From assembly GCA_030324005.1 (NCBI GenBank), contig JARDVH010000132.1, positions 81,331,437-81,395,436 on the forward strand: a stretch of DNA of 64,000 nt. The letters run 5' to 3'. Shown one piece after another: positions 1 to 12,907 of the stretch. The position numbers and the translations under genes were made by a program. Below the pieces are notes generated by a model. The model saw only the letters and a list, made by a program, of their open reading frames with translations, ran no database searches and was not told where the DNA came from. Each line of letters starts with the position of its first letter. Within the stretch, counting starts at the first letter, position 1. The stretch is from Negaprion brevirostris. Its lineage: Eukaryota.

Positions 1-159
1 CGCAAAAATGCTTTTAAATGATTTAAACAGTTCTACTAGGTAAGTTCTTACTACAAAAGTGCTTTAAACTTATTTAAACAGGTTTTTAACAGGTAATTTC
101 TTATCTGTCTCTCTGCTCCTTCATTCGTCTGCTCCAGCAAACAATGGGACCAACTCGCA

Positions 160-510
160 CCATAAAATATGGGAACAGAATTAAGCCTTGCAGCCCATCA
201 AGTCTGCTCTGCCATTCAATCATGGCTGATAAGTTTCTCAATCCCATTCTCCCACCTTTTCTCTGTAACATTCAATCCCCTAACCAATCAAGAATCTCTC
301 TCTCAAATATACACAATGACCTGACCTCCACAGCCTTCTGTGGCAATGAATTCCATAGATTCTCCACACTCTGGCTGAAGAAATTCCTCTTCATCTCAGT
401 TCTAAAGGCTCCTCCCTTTACTCAGCAGCTGTGTCCTCAAATCCTAGTCTCTATTAATGGAAACATCTTCCCTAATTCCACTCTATCCAGGTCTTTCAGT
501 ATTCTGTAAA
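160..510 (-). mobile_element. CR1-like LINE 3' fragment
   Basis: Typical shark CR1 3' end (ccattcaatcatggctgat; ggcaatgaattccatagatt; gaagaaattcctcttcatctc). Confidence 0.7.
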
Positions 511-639
511 TTTCTCCCTCTGCAAACTGGAAACAAACCAATCAGAAAATGCTGGAAAAATCTAAATGGGTCTGACAGCATCTGTGGAGAGAGAATAGAG
601 CCAACATTGACTGATTTTTTTTGTCCTCGTCTCCATACT

Positions 640-1020
640 CTGCTGCTTGTATTCTAACCTGCACCAAATGCCACTCACATATCACCCCTCTGCTCATTAC
701 GTTGTTAATTGGACACCAATGTATATATTTTAAATTCACTTTTTGTTCAAATCCCTCTAAGTTTTGCCCCACTTTATCTATAACTGTCTTTGGGCCTACA
801 ACCAGAGATACCTGCACTCCATATACTCCAATTTTAAATTGCTCCATTGGCATTCAAGACTTCAAAACTTGAAATCCTCTCTATTAATCTTTCATGATCC
901 TCCTTTAAAATGCTCTCTAAAAAAAATAAATTCCTTTCTGCCTCAATGCTTCCTTATGTGACTTGGTGCAAAACTTTGTTTTGACGACATCCCTGTGAAG
1001 CTGCTTTAGCCATTATTTGT
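640..1020 (+). mobile_element. L2-like LINE 3' fragment, degraded
   Basis: HITPLL..L.W..V...I.FK-like remnant (catatcacccctctgctc...tttaaattc) followed by an L2-like tail. Confidence 0.5.
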
Positions 1021-1039
1021 CACCTTTTAAATGCGAGTT

Positions 1040-2165
1040 ACATTGAGATAAAAAGGGAGGCGATATTGGAGGCTTTGAAAAGCATTAAGGTGGACAAGTC
1101 CCGAGGGCCAAATAGGGTCTATACCAAGAATACTTAGAGGTGTGAGGGAAGAAACTGTTGAGGCCTTGGCCAAATTCTTTGCACCCTCTAACTTGGGGCG
1201 AGGTACTAGAGGATTGGGGAATAGCTAATGTTGCTCCTCGGTTGAGAAGGACAGAAGAGACAATTCAGGAAATTACAAGCCTGTGGACCTTAGTAGTGAT
1301 GTAGAAATTATTGGAGAAGATTCATGGGACAGGATGTACTCACATCCAGAAGAGAATAGGGTTATTAGTGATAGGCAGCATGGTTTTGTAAAAGAAAGGT
1401 TTGGTCTCACAAACTTGATTAAGTTCTTTGAGCTGGTGACCAGAGTAGGGCAGAGGATGTCATATGGACTTTACTAAAGCCTTTGATAAGGTTAGTCATG
1501 GCAGGCTGATACAGAAGGTGAAGTCATATGGGATCCAAGGTGAGCTGATAAAATGTAGGTGATCTGATCAGTAAATTTGCAGATGATACAAAAATTGGGA
1601 GAGTAGCAAATAGTGAAGAGGTTGTCAGAGGATACAACAGGATATAAATCAGCTGGAGACTTAGGCCAAACACCCTTAGAAATATTAGCATAGAGAGATC
1701 AAGGTGTGCAGATCCACAGTCTCCTGAAGGTGGCAACTCAGGAGGACAAGGTGATCAAGGAGGCATAGGGCATGCTGGCCTTCAATCAGGGTGTTGAGTA
1801 TAGGAATTAGAAAATTATGTCGCAGCTGTATAAGACTTTGGTTAGGCCACATTTGGAGTAATGTGTACAATTCTGATCACCATAGTACCAGAAGGATGTT
1901 GATGTATTGGAAAAAGGTGAAGAGGAGATTTATCAGGATGCTGCTGGTTTGGAGGATATGGACTACGAAGTAAGTTTGAAGAAACTTGGATTGCTTTCAT
2001 CGGAGCTTTGGAGAATGAGGGGGGACCTGACAGGGGTTTTACAAGATTATGACAGGCTTAGAGAGAGTGGATAGCCAGAGAGGCAATATTAGTCAGGCAT
2101 CTGTGTTGGCACAGACTTGGTTAAGCTGAAGGTCCTGTCCCTGTGCTGTAATGTTCTTTATTCTA
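1040..2165 (+). mobile_element. CR1 (HER1-like) LINE, degraded RT region and 3' end
   Basis: Broken frames contain DKS.GP, GNY.PV.L.S, RQHGF, LTNLI.FF, KAFDKV, SKFADDTK, LVRPHLE.CVQF.SP. Confidence 0.9.
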
Positions 2166-2419
2166 TATTTCCTGATTTTCAATCCACATATTCCAGTACG
2201 GATACCTCAAACTGATTGGAAGAAGAGCCTTGCTCATCATGCTCACAGATACCATAAAAAAAGAGCACACCACACCACACTGGAATATTCCCCAATTAAT
2301 GCAAGTCACACTGAACAGCACTAAATGCATCATGGACAATTGTACAAGAGATTAACAGCAAAAGGAGTTTTTGATACTGAAAACTAAATCATTGTCTATT
2401 TTCTTCTATTCCTTCAGAG

Positions 2420-2830
2420 TGCAGGCATCTCTGGCTTGGCCAACATTTATTGTCCATCTCCAACTGCCCTTGAAAATGTGTTAGTGAGCTGACTTCTTGA
2501 ATCCCACTCCATGTGATACAGCTTCACCCACAGCTGTTAGGCAGCAAGTTCCAGGATTTTGAAACAACGACAGCGAAGCACCAGCAAAGCAATTTGAAGT
2601 AAGTGTCACATGGATCGAAAGGGGAATTCTAAGTGGTGCCCCCATGCATCACTGCCCTTATCCTTTAGGTGGTAGTGGTCTCCAATTTGGCAGATGCTGT
2701 CTAAGGAGCCTTGGCAAGTTGCAGCAGTGACTGTGTAGAGATACACACTGCTACCACTGTGCAGTGGTGAACAGGCTACCATTCTTATTGGCTGCGTTGC
2801 CCTGCATGGTGTTGAGCTTCATTCATCCAA
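2420..2830 (-). mobile_element. Non-LTR retrotransposon 3' fragment (family also at ~13815-14280, ~23170-23600, ~29835-30370)
   Basis: Shared sequence 'cagcatttattgcccatc...ttgccct...ggtgagctg...ttcttgaa...ttccaggattttg' among the copies. Confidence 0.6.
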
Positions 2831-4850
2831 TCAAGTATCCAAAAAAACATCTTGGGCTCAAAATCGATCTCTAGGGAACTCCATCGTATTGCGTTTTGTC
2901 TAAAAGCAACCCTCAACTATTTTCTGCTTCGTGTCCCTCAGTCTACACTGTCACTGTCTTTCGATCCCATGGATTTCCATTTTGCTAACAAGTGCATGAT
3001 GTGGTGTTTTGTCAGATGCCTTTTTAAAATTCCATATAAAAAAGCTCAATACTCACCACTCCTCACTATCACTTTCAAATTAGTTAAGTGTGATTTGCTT
3101 AAGAAATCTTTGCTGACTTCTGTTTATTAACTCATACTTTGCTAAATACCAGATCATTTCATCCCAATCTATTGTTCAAGTGTCCTACCACTAAAATCAG
3201 GTTAACTGACCTGTTGTTGCTGAACTAAGACTTCAAAACAAAAAAAAAATGCAATATTTGCAATCATCCATTCCACTGGCATCATCACTATACCCAAGGA
3301 AGAAGAGAAGACTGTGACCCAAGTCTCCTGCAACTTCCATCTTACTTCGCTCAGTATCAAAAGGCATCCATTCTGGACTTGCATGGTGGCACAGTGGTAA
3401 GCACTGCTGCTTGCAGCGCCAGGGACTCAAGTTCAATTTCTAGCTTGGACTTTCCACTGAAATCTGTCAACCTTTTAGGTACTTGCTCTCAATCTTACCC
3501 AATATCATTACTCCTCCATTAACAAGGGTACACTAATAATGAAGACAGATGCAAAGTACCCATTTTAGCACCTTAGCTATGCCTTCGGCCTCCACAAAAT
3601 GATATCCGACTGTGCTTTTGCGTGTTTATACAAGACCTTTCGATTTGTTCTAATCCAGTAATCCGTTCTCATACTGTCCCTTTGTCCCCATTTTTATTTT
3701 ATAAAGATTTCCCCCAATTTCTACATTGCCTGATATGAACCAATTAACAGATTTCTTTTTTGCATCTCATTTCAATCTCAACTTTAATAATGCAGGGAAT
3801 TCTAGCTTCTTTCTCCATTTATGGTGTCCACTTTTCTCTTTGGAAGCTTCCCACTTCTCAATTTGATTTCTCCATCAACATTTTCCTTTCTGGTTTTATC
3901 AGGTCATTTTCCCCTCATCCCTATTTTGATATTTTGAAGGGCCAGCACCAAAAAAATGATAAGTATCAGGTATCTCATTTTATCCAAGTGTTTTTGGTTC
4001 AACATTTAAAACCCCAATAGCATGATCTACAGATGAACCCGATACTGCAGGTGAACGTAGACACAATTTACAAATAGAGCAAATTGATCACAGTCATTAC
4101 AGTGCAAGAAGAGATCATTACCCCATCATGTCTGCACAGGCACTGCAAATGAGCAACTCCTTTGATGCTATTCTCCCATCTTCTCCCTGTACCCCTGCAT
4201 AGTTTAATTCTCTTGAGTAATTTGATTAAACCTGCATCAACCACATTCTTGGATCTTAACCACTCATTGCATTCTCTCATGTAACTTTTACTTTCTTTTC
4301 TAATTACTTTAAATCTGTGCCCCGTCATTGATTCTTTCACAAATGGGAAAAGTTTCTCCCCATGGATAGTTCAAACTATCTTCATTACTTAAATTCCACA
4401 TCCCTGGAATCATTCTCATTGTAAATCTTTTCTGGTGCCTTCACATCCTTCCAAGTGCCCAGAACTTGGTGCAATGCATCAGTTGACACTGAACTCATGT
4501 TTTCTAAGTTTATCATGACTTCTTTGTCATCTTTATGCCCATGTTGATAAAGCCCACAATACTACACGTATTATCATCTTTTCTGTCTGTCCTGCCACAT
4601 TCAATGGCTCATACAGACAGGCACCCAGGTTCCTTCTCTCCCACAATACCTTCAGAATTGTATCTTTTCTATGGTATCTCTGCATTCTTATAACCAAAAT
4701 GAAATATTTCAAATTTCTGTGCATTAACTTTCAGTTGCCAATCTGCACATTCTAGTGTCTGTTTTTGAAGTTCTACATTATCCTCCTCTCAGCTTACAAT
4801 GCTTCCAAGTTTTGTACCATTCACAAATTTTGAAATTATGATCTGTACGC
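2830..4850 (-). mobile_element. Old CR1-like LINE fragments, with a short SINE head at ~3383-3450
   Basis: Reverse-strand RT remnants (DF.KA.DK, MIANI...F, LGACL, FKVI). Confidence 0.55.
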
Positions 4851-5289
4851 AAAGTTAAAACTTGCGCTGAAGTTTGGGATCAACATTAAAAACAGAAACA
4901 GTGCCACAGGAAAATCAAAGGAACTGATAAGATCTCGATTCAGCCAATGCCTCACTCCCAACTCTCAATTACCTAGAGACATTGAGCACCCACAGCGCCT
5001 GGTCTGCTCTCAGGCCTCCATAATCAGCACCTGTGAAGAGACACTAGGAAACACCAAAATTCGTTTGATGAGTTCAACCAGGAGATCCAGAAACAAAACA
5101 AGCTGCCAGTGCAAGGCTTTTCTGAATCTGAAACAGCAACCCAACTCAAGAGCAAGAAAACAGCTGTAGACAGCTGAAGACAAAACAAAAATCCTGTGAC
5201 CTAAAGATGGAGAAAGTGCAATTAGTCGACAACCATGACACACAATGTTTATTTATCTATCTAGGTTAAGACCCATGGCTCGAACACCA

Positions 5290-6370
5290 AAGGCCCACCC
5301 CAATCCTAATTAAGATTAGAGGAGTATTCATCAAGAACAGCGGCGCACAGTCTGCTGGAAGGAGAACTTCAAGAATCTCTATAACAGAGACTGTGTCTTC
5401 AATACAAGCGTCTTTGACTGCATCCCACAACGTTAGAAGTGACCATCTCAGCACCATGCTAACCTAGTGAGGTAGAAGAGGCCATCTCACAGCTAAAGAA
5501 CAAGGCATTTAGGAGCAGATGGAGTCTCCAAAGCACTAAAGCATGGTGGAGAAGCACTATTTGACGCCAATAAACAACCTTAATTCCCTTATCTGGAAAG
5601 AGAAAAGCCAGGAAATTTCAAATGCTGTAATCATGCCCGGCTGCAGCAATTAGAGATTTCTCTACTGTAGGCCGCAGCAAAAGGTAATCACAAGAGGCCT
5701 CCTTTAATCATGGGGGTGATTTAAGAGCTCTTCCAAAAGTCAAAATATAGGGTCTGCCTAATTGGACACAAATGGACATGATCTTCACCACTCAACACGA
5801 GAATTGCATGAAACACCACCAACCTTCATACCCAGCCTTTGATGCCCGTCAGCCATGAGGGAGTATGGTGCTGCCCCCACAAAAATCTGCAAATCCATGG
5901 ACAAGACAGATGCACCAGTGTTCTTATTCAGACCAACCTCTTCGCACTGAAGCATTGACCCTGCACAAAGAGCTCCACTGGACAGGCTACACTGTCCATA
6001 TGACGGTCCTGAAACAAGTGCTCTACTCAGCTTCGACATGGCAAGCGAACCTCAGGCGAGCAGAGGAAATGCTTCAAGGAAGCCCTCAAAAGCTTCCTTG
6101 CAAAAATTCAACATCTTTACTGACAACTTGGAATACCTGGCCCAAGACCACCCAAAGTGGGGGGAAAGCAGCTGAACATAAAAGTTTCATCACAGAGTAA
6201 GCTGAAGCCAAGCATCGAAAGAGAGAAGTCCGAGGGGCAAACCAGGCACCTCATCCACCCACTCCTCCAATAAGCATCTGCCCCAGCTAACAGACGTTCT
6301 GAGAATCGCCTAAGAACTCGTTTAGTAAGGAAACAAGTTATCCTTAACTCAGGAACTGTGTAAGAAGAGA
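5290..6370 (+). mobile_element. RTE-clade LINE, degraded RT and 3' end
   Basis: Remnants of W.E.F..L, EV..AISQLKN.A.G.DG, C.N.R.SLL..A.K, LP.SQ, G..DMIF, L.WTG....M...KQVLY, and G.QRK.FK..LK. Confidence 0.75.
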
Positions 6371-6742
6371 ATGATTAATATATAATTGGGAAGAGGTTTG
6401 TCCCAATGCTGAACTCTTCCACCAGTTCAAAATACCATTGGCCACAACCAATTTAGTATCATGTTGTTGCTGCATCTCTTATTCCATGTTGCACAAGACT
6501 GTTTTGCAGCACTCAGCAAATGCCTTTTGAAACCCCACATACACAACATCAACCCTCTTACCACGAAAGACTCAAAAAAAAATTGGATAGGACAATCTGC
6601 CCAGAAGTCAATGCTGACTTTCTTTCCTTAATTAACCCACACTTGCACAAGTGACTGTTAATTTTGACCTGTATCATTTTTAGAAGCTTCCTCATCACAC
6701 GGGTTCAACTAACTGCCACCAATCCTAAATTTTCTGAAGGTC

Positions 6743-7568
6743 TGTTATACTGTCATTGGTTTGACATATGAGCTTTTTGCTAATATGGCCTACAGCAGTG
6801 ACTATGCAACATTTGCAAAGAACAAGGTGCTTTATGGAGACACTGATTCTATGGAATCCAAGAGAGCATGGCTAAGATAAGCCCAGACTGAAAGAGTGGT
6901 CATGTGATCCCACTAGCATATTACAATGACTGGATGTGAACCAAATTGGGGAGACAGCCACACAGAAAGAGCAAAAGCCTCTTCCCTCTCCCCCTTTTCA
7001 CCAAAAACACTCAGAAGCTGAGTAGTTTGCAACTTGAAATGCCACCAGAAGACTGCATTTCTATAAACCAAGAGCTCCAAGATAAGATTTTGATAATCAA
7101 GCACGATTGCAGAATGAATGTTCCAGCGAAAACCAGCAACTTCTGAGAAAATTGGCCCTTTAGCTCTAAGCAAGCATTCAGGCACTCAGCACATATATAT
7201 TTTTGTTGCTTTATTTTTAATTTGACCAAGTTTTAAAATCCGATAAGCTGCAGAGCTTTATTTCTTTTCTCCATGCTTGGGGGAGGGTGGGGGCGTGGGT
7301 GCTGTTTATGCATTAGTGGGTATTTGAACTTCTTTGCACATTTTAAACCTCTTGTTAATTTCAAGATCTTTACCCAAATTAGTTTAGCAAGTAAAGAGCT
7401 TGGTTATTGCTAAAAGAAAACTGGCTGGCTTATTTCTTTCACCAAGCTACACAGTTATGTGTATATACTGAATTGGCAAGGCCAGCAAATTAAATTCAAA
7501 TTGGGTTAAACCAACCCAGGAGTGAGACAGAAGTGAATTGGTTCATGCCTCCTAACCTGTTTGTAACA
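6743..7568. mobile_element. Probable solo LTR (Gypsy-like)
   Basis: About 825 bp bounded by TGTTA...TAACA inverted termini, with an ending resembling shark LTR ends. No clear target-site duplication. Confidence 0.4.
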
Positions 7569-8389
7569 TCTTTATAGAAAGGGGTGACTGCACCAGAGTC
7601 AAATACTTAACCAACCTCCACAAGTCAACGAAATCTTAGTGTACAAAGAAGTTGTCGTCTGCTCTCGTACTACAGTAGGAACTGAACTTTGTATTAGTGA
7701 CAGAACTGTGCTAGAGAAACAGCAGTAGCAGTGTCTCTGCCACTTCCTGTAAACCAACAAGACTTTCAAACAAATGGTAATGCCCTTGAAGCCAGGTCCA
7801 CTAAGTTCACAAAACTGGACATAGTCTTCACTATCATGTCCTGACATTCAAGGTCTTCCTGAAGACCAGCAGCATTGACACAGAGAGAGGAGTTTGCTAC
7901 CAATCACTCAATGAAGACAGCTTGTTCATTTAAGCTTGGTCATGCCAACATTTTAATGAGGCAGAATATCAAAGGAAAGAAATGGAAGCGAATCTTGAAC
8001 TCTGGATCCCAATACCTTATGGAATGTCTTGCCCCATCTACCCAAAGCTTTACATAATTGCCTGCTTCATCAAAAGGTTACCCAGTCGGCCTAAGGCGTC
8101 CACCAAAATGTACAACTTCCACCCTCCAAATAATGGACCACACAACTGTCCCAACAGTGGTGTTAATGTTTTATATACATTTATTTTTTACTCCTCTATT
8201 TAACACAAGGGAATATATCATTTGTATCTGTCCATTCATTAATAATTGTCTAAAATTTAGGATTTGCACTTAGCCAAAGTAAATTTGCAGCCGCCATCTA
8301 TACCACTCAAAAGTCTTTTTACAATCATATCTCTCCTCCTTTTCATACTTCCTCTCACACTCCATCATATATCTCACTTTTCCGAACAA

Positions 8390-9170
8390 GTCCCTTACAA
8401 GACCATAGATGTGGGAGCATATGTAGGCCTTTCAGCCCATCAAGTCTGCTCTGCCATTCAATGAGATCACAACTGATCTGACATTATAATCCTCAACTCC
8501 ACTCTGCTGCTTTATCCCCACAACACTTGATTCCCTGATGATTGAAAATCTGTTTATTGCAGAGGCTGGGTTGTTAACTATGTCCAAAACTGAGATAGAG
8601 AATTCCATAGATTCACTAACCCCAAGAGAAGAAAGCTCTCATCTCTGTATTAAATGGCAACCCCTTAATCCAAGATTATGCCATTTGATCCTAGACTATC
8701 CCACAGGGGAAACAACCTCTCAACATCTACTCCGTCAAGCCCTCTGAGAATTCTCTGTCTCTACAAGGTTCTCTCATTTCTTTAAAGTCCAATGAGTACT
8801 GGCCCACTGAATCTCTCCAAGAAAATCCCTCCATACCCAGAGTCAACCTACTGAACCTGTGCCTCCAATGGCAGTATACCTTTCCTTAAAAGGAGACCAA
8901 AATAGTATTCAGGTCTGATCTAATTAGCGCCTTGTACAGTTTTAGCAAGATCTTCCTATTTTTATACTCCATTCCCTTTGCCTTCCTTATTACCTGTGAA
9001 ATTTGCATGGTAGCTTTTTATGACTTGCACAGGAGGATTCCAATTCCCTCGAGTTGCAGCTTTTCTGTCTACATTTAAATACTCAATTCTTAATCTTCCC
9101 AAAGTACTTAACTTCACACTTTCCTACATTATATTTCATCTGCCAAGTTTACCCACTCACTTTGCCATCC
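8390..9170 (-). mobile_element. CR1-like LINE 3' fragment
   Basis: Same 3' motif as 160-510, plus reverse-strand LY.ALIR..LNT and VKLS.FG remnants. Confidence 0.75.
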
Positions 9171-9499
9171 GAGGCAATCCTATAGTAAAGGATGACTAGC
9201 ATGACATTTACTGCATCTTTAGTTATTACATTAAAATATATTTACCCAACATAAATTGTCTATAATAAATGTAAACAATCATTTTATCTCTCAAGTTACA
9301 GATTTCAAGCATTTGTCCAATGCTTAGACTAATTGTTTATGGTGAGATGGTTCATTGTTTTTCCATTCTTGAGTCAACGGGTTATTTTAGCTATTCTCCA
9401 ATTCTATGGAATAATTGATATATTGAATGTGGATTGAATTGTAGCTAGAGTCCCTGCTTCCTTAAATGCTCTAAAGTCAATATCATGCAAGTTCAGCAA

Positions 9500-9835
9500 G
9501 ACTTGAATTTATTTCACACCTTGAGGATTTCCCAAAGCACTTTACAACAGTAGCTTTATTTCAGAGTTATGGCTGTAAAGGTAGAATCACAGCAGCTGAT
9601 TTGTATGCAGTAAAACTCCCTAAAATCAAGAATGACCATTTTAATGATGGTTGACTAAGGAATAGATATTGACCAGGACATCGTTGTATCTCTCCTGTAC
9701 CTCTGATATAATGGATCCTTTATGCTCATCTGAAAGCACAGAAAGGGCTGCTGTTTAACATCTACAAGTTGCCATCTCTGACAGCACAGCACTCCCTCAG
9801 TAAGGCACTGGAAAGCAGTCTAGGTTTTTGAGAGG
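9500..9835 (-). mobile_element. Deu-domain SINE (SacSINE1/AmnSINE-like)
   Basis: Reverse complement of the Deu core (ctctgacagcacagcactccctcagta...cactgg; ggatcctttatgctcatctga) plus an L2-like tail. Confidence 0.6.
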
Positions 9836-10129
9836 TGCCTGGACTGATGTTGCCACAGATCTCCAAGGCAAGAAAACCCCCAAATGAATCATTTGTTTTC
9901 TATTGCTCTCATTCTCCCATATCTCATCATTTATAATTACTGTAAAAATGCCAGAGATGCTGTATCTTCACCCACCACAACCAATGCCTTTCTTTATCCC
10001 TTGTTAATCAGATCCCATTTTCACCTCTTCATACATGTGAAGCAGTTATTATTTTTTCCTCCACATTATTCAGTTTATTTTCCTGTTTTGTTTTACGTCA
10101 TTTGATCTCTTTCGCCCCCATCTCTTTAC

Positions 10130-10790
10130 TGCATTGCCTTCATAGGTCTGACAATAGCTTTTGACTCCAACCACATCTTTGATAAATCCTCTCAAATTTT
10201 GCATGTCCAGCAAAATTTATTAATCTGAAGCCCCTGCATGATAGTATTATAGCAACCATCTTTTGAAATGGATAGGAGACCATGCCTTTTCATATCCAGA
10301 TAGACTTTATGCAACGTTCCTCATTCTTGCTAACTTAGCCTAGTCATGGAACTTATCCACAACTAATTTCAGTAAGATATAATAATTGAGTTGCTTCAAC
10401 AGGAAGATTTTCAACGTCAATGGGCTGAAAGCCGAGACTAAGGTGACCTGCCAGCAAATCCATGACTTACAATGTGCTAACGACTGCACAAGTGTGGCCC
10501 ACAGAACAAGCTTCCAGACCAGCTCAACTTTTTCTCAATATCGGCAATACCAAAATCGTCTATCAGCCCTCCTATGACAAGCACAAACAACTCCAGCTAT
10601 TCTTATTGATGGGGAGACTTTGGAAATTATCGAACACTTCCCTAACTAAAAAGCTCCCTTTCTCAAAAGGTCATCATTGAAGAAGTCATCCAGCACAGGA
10701 TCNNNNNNNNNNCAGGATCAGCTGTGCCAAAGCAGCCTTCCAAAAATTGGACAACTATGTATTAAGCAACAAAGATCTTCATTTGAGGTC
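10130..10790 (+). mobile_element. RTE-clade LINE fragment, spanning a 10-N gap
   Basis: KIFN...LKA.TKV, LQ.A.DC..VAH, F...R...A..AF.KL remnants. Confidence 0.6.
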
Positions 10791-11317
10791 AGAGGCTTTA
10801 GCCTACAATGTCAAGAATGTGATTTAACTTCCACAAGGTGAAAAAACAGTAATTCTTGTAATATGGGAATTAGCTACAGTTGAAGCAGAGGCAAACCAAA
10901 ATGCTGAGACACAGTTTATCATAAGGAAACCAATTTATAAAGCAGAGTGAGACATCACATTGCACACCTTCGACAAGCAAAACGTAGCATTGATATTCAG
11001 CTGGAAGAAGACTGCCTGCTCTTCAAACAAATGAGTGCTAGTATTTCTTCAAATATAAATTGGAGAATGGGAGTGGTAGAAATAATGTCACAGAAGTATG
11101 GGAAAGGGATTTCTTCTCTTCAGACAAGTCCACACTAGTAAAAATGAGCAACCAATGTGTCAATACACAGGCTAATTGATCAACAAATTCTTTCATTTGG
11201 GAAGCAGCTGACACCAGAATAATCCAGCTTTGACAAGGACTCCACCACAACTGTACAACCTGCAATCAATTTATGTTAATACACAGAATATTGTGGGAAA
11301 CACCGTTTCTAACCCTC

Positions 11318-11410
11318 TTCAGTTCTGTCAAAGGGACGTATGGGCTCGAAACGTTAACGGTGTTTCTCTCCACAGATGCTGCCGAACCTGCTGGGTTTTT
11401 ATTTCTGTAA
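11318..11410 (+). mobile_element. Penelope-like terminal repeat fragment with a degenerate hammerhead motif (related copies at ~530-612, ~15800-15860, ~16113-16210, ~33515-33610)
   Basis: agtt-ctgtcaa-agggacgtatgggctc-gaaa-cg-tt-aac followed by tctctccacagatgctgcc..acctgctg. Confidence 0.55.
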
Positions 11411-12574
11411 TTAAATGCACTATGTTTTAGCCATTCATAACCAGGTAACTGCATCTTTCAATTTGTCACATAACTGTACACAGCATACCAGAATATTTAG
11501 ATTCTTGATAAAATGGGAAAAAAGCAATACTGAGATACATTGTGGTAACTCACGTTTAGTTGTGCTCACCAGTTAACAAGTGCCACATTTGCACATGTTC
11601 GAAGTACAAATCAACTGGATTGCTTAAAAGTTTGTATCTCAGGAACAAAGCAACCAATGAAAATATTTAATCTAAAGTTTAGAGAATTGATTGCTTCCCA
11701 AGTATAAAGGCCTGCTGCAGAGGAAATAGCCCTTAAACCTTTTATTTTCAAATCTTTGAAACGTTTGCAACTCACGTTTAGGGCAAATCCTAGAGCCAAA
11801 GCGCCAGGCCAAAAAGTAAACGCTGTCCCAAGAAACTAAATTTATCCTTTATAAATTTACCATCAAAGTTTAAATATTCAAATTTTCATAATGTGGCTTC
11901 TTGTAGCACTAACTTAAAAATTAGGTTTAAGAATTTTACTGAATCATTGGTAAATGCAAGTTATTGGGTGTTTCTTTCTTTACCCATGGGAAAATTGTAT
12001 GTCGACATTAACACCCTCTGATTTTCTACTTTTATCTAAATATAAACAGTATAAAGTTAAGACTCATCATATCACCATAGTAAATGGAATGGGCAGCAAG
12101 AGAGGAGAATTAACTAGAAAGATTGCTTTAGTTGGAGAAGGAGGGGGAGGCTGGGAGGCAGAATGGGAAGGATAGGCAAGTACAGAATGAGTGAAAACAT
12201 AACCGTGCCAAGGTTCTTGAGATGCAAGCAGAAAACAAATGGCCAAAATGCTTGGGTAAAGTGGCTGTTAAGCAGGGCCTAAAGGGGAAATAGAAGGGTT
12301 TAGAGAGGAAACTCCAGAGCACAGGATCTCAAAGATTGCCAATGGCAGACAAAGAGTGGGATGTGCAAGTGATTAAAAGAAAAACCAGGGAAAAATTAAT
12401 TTTCAGGGGGGAGTTAAAGAGGTAGGGATGGGCAAAATGATGAATGGCTTTTGGAGGGGGAATGTGAAAGGGGAGGAATAGGTTGGGACAAATGTTAAGG
12501 AAAACCTCTATAAATCACAATCTCTAAGTGCTATGGATAAATAGCCTTCTTAACAACTCTTTACATTACAATAT

Positions 12575-12907
12575 GGCAGAGAAACTAAACAAATTCTATG
12601 TCTATCTTCACAAGGAAGGCACAAAAAAACCCTCCCAGAAATCCTAGAGAACCAAGAGGCTAGTGAGAATGAGGAACTAAAAGGACGTTAGTATTGGTTT
12701 AAAAAAGTATCGGAGAAATTAATGGCACTGAAAGTTGATAAATCCCCTAGACCTAATGATCTACATCTCAGAGTTGGGGACAGGTGGTTTCAGAGATAAT
12801 GGAAGCGTTGGTTGTCACCTGCCCAAATTCAACACATTCTGGAACAGTTCATGAAGATTAGGAGGGAGCAAGTGCAAACTCACTACTTAAGGAGAGTGAA
12901 AACAGGA
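12575..12907 (+). mobile_element. CR1-like LINE fragment running into a gap
   Basis: MAEKLN.F...FT.E, LMALKVDKSP.PNDLH.RVL motifs. Confidence 0.8.

Noticed and set aside
10694-10720. caggatc repeated on both sides of a 10-N gap
   Set aside because: Most likely an unmerged contig overlap (assembly artefact).
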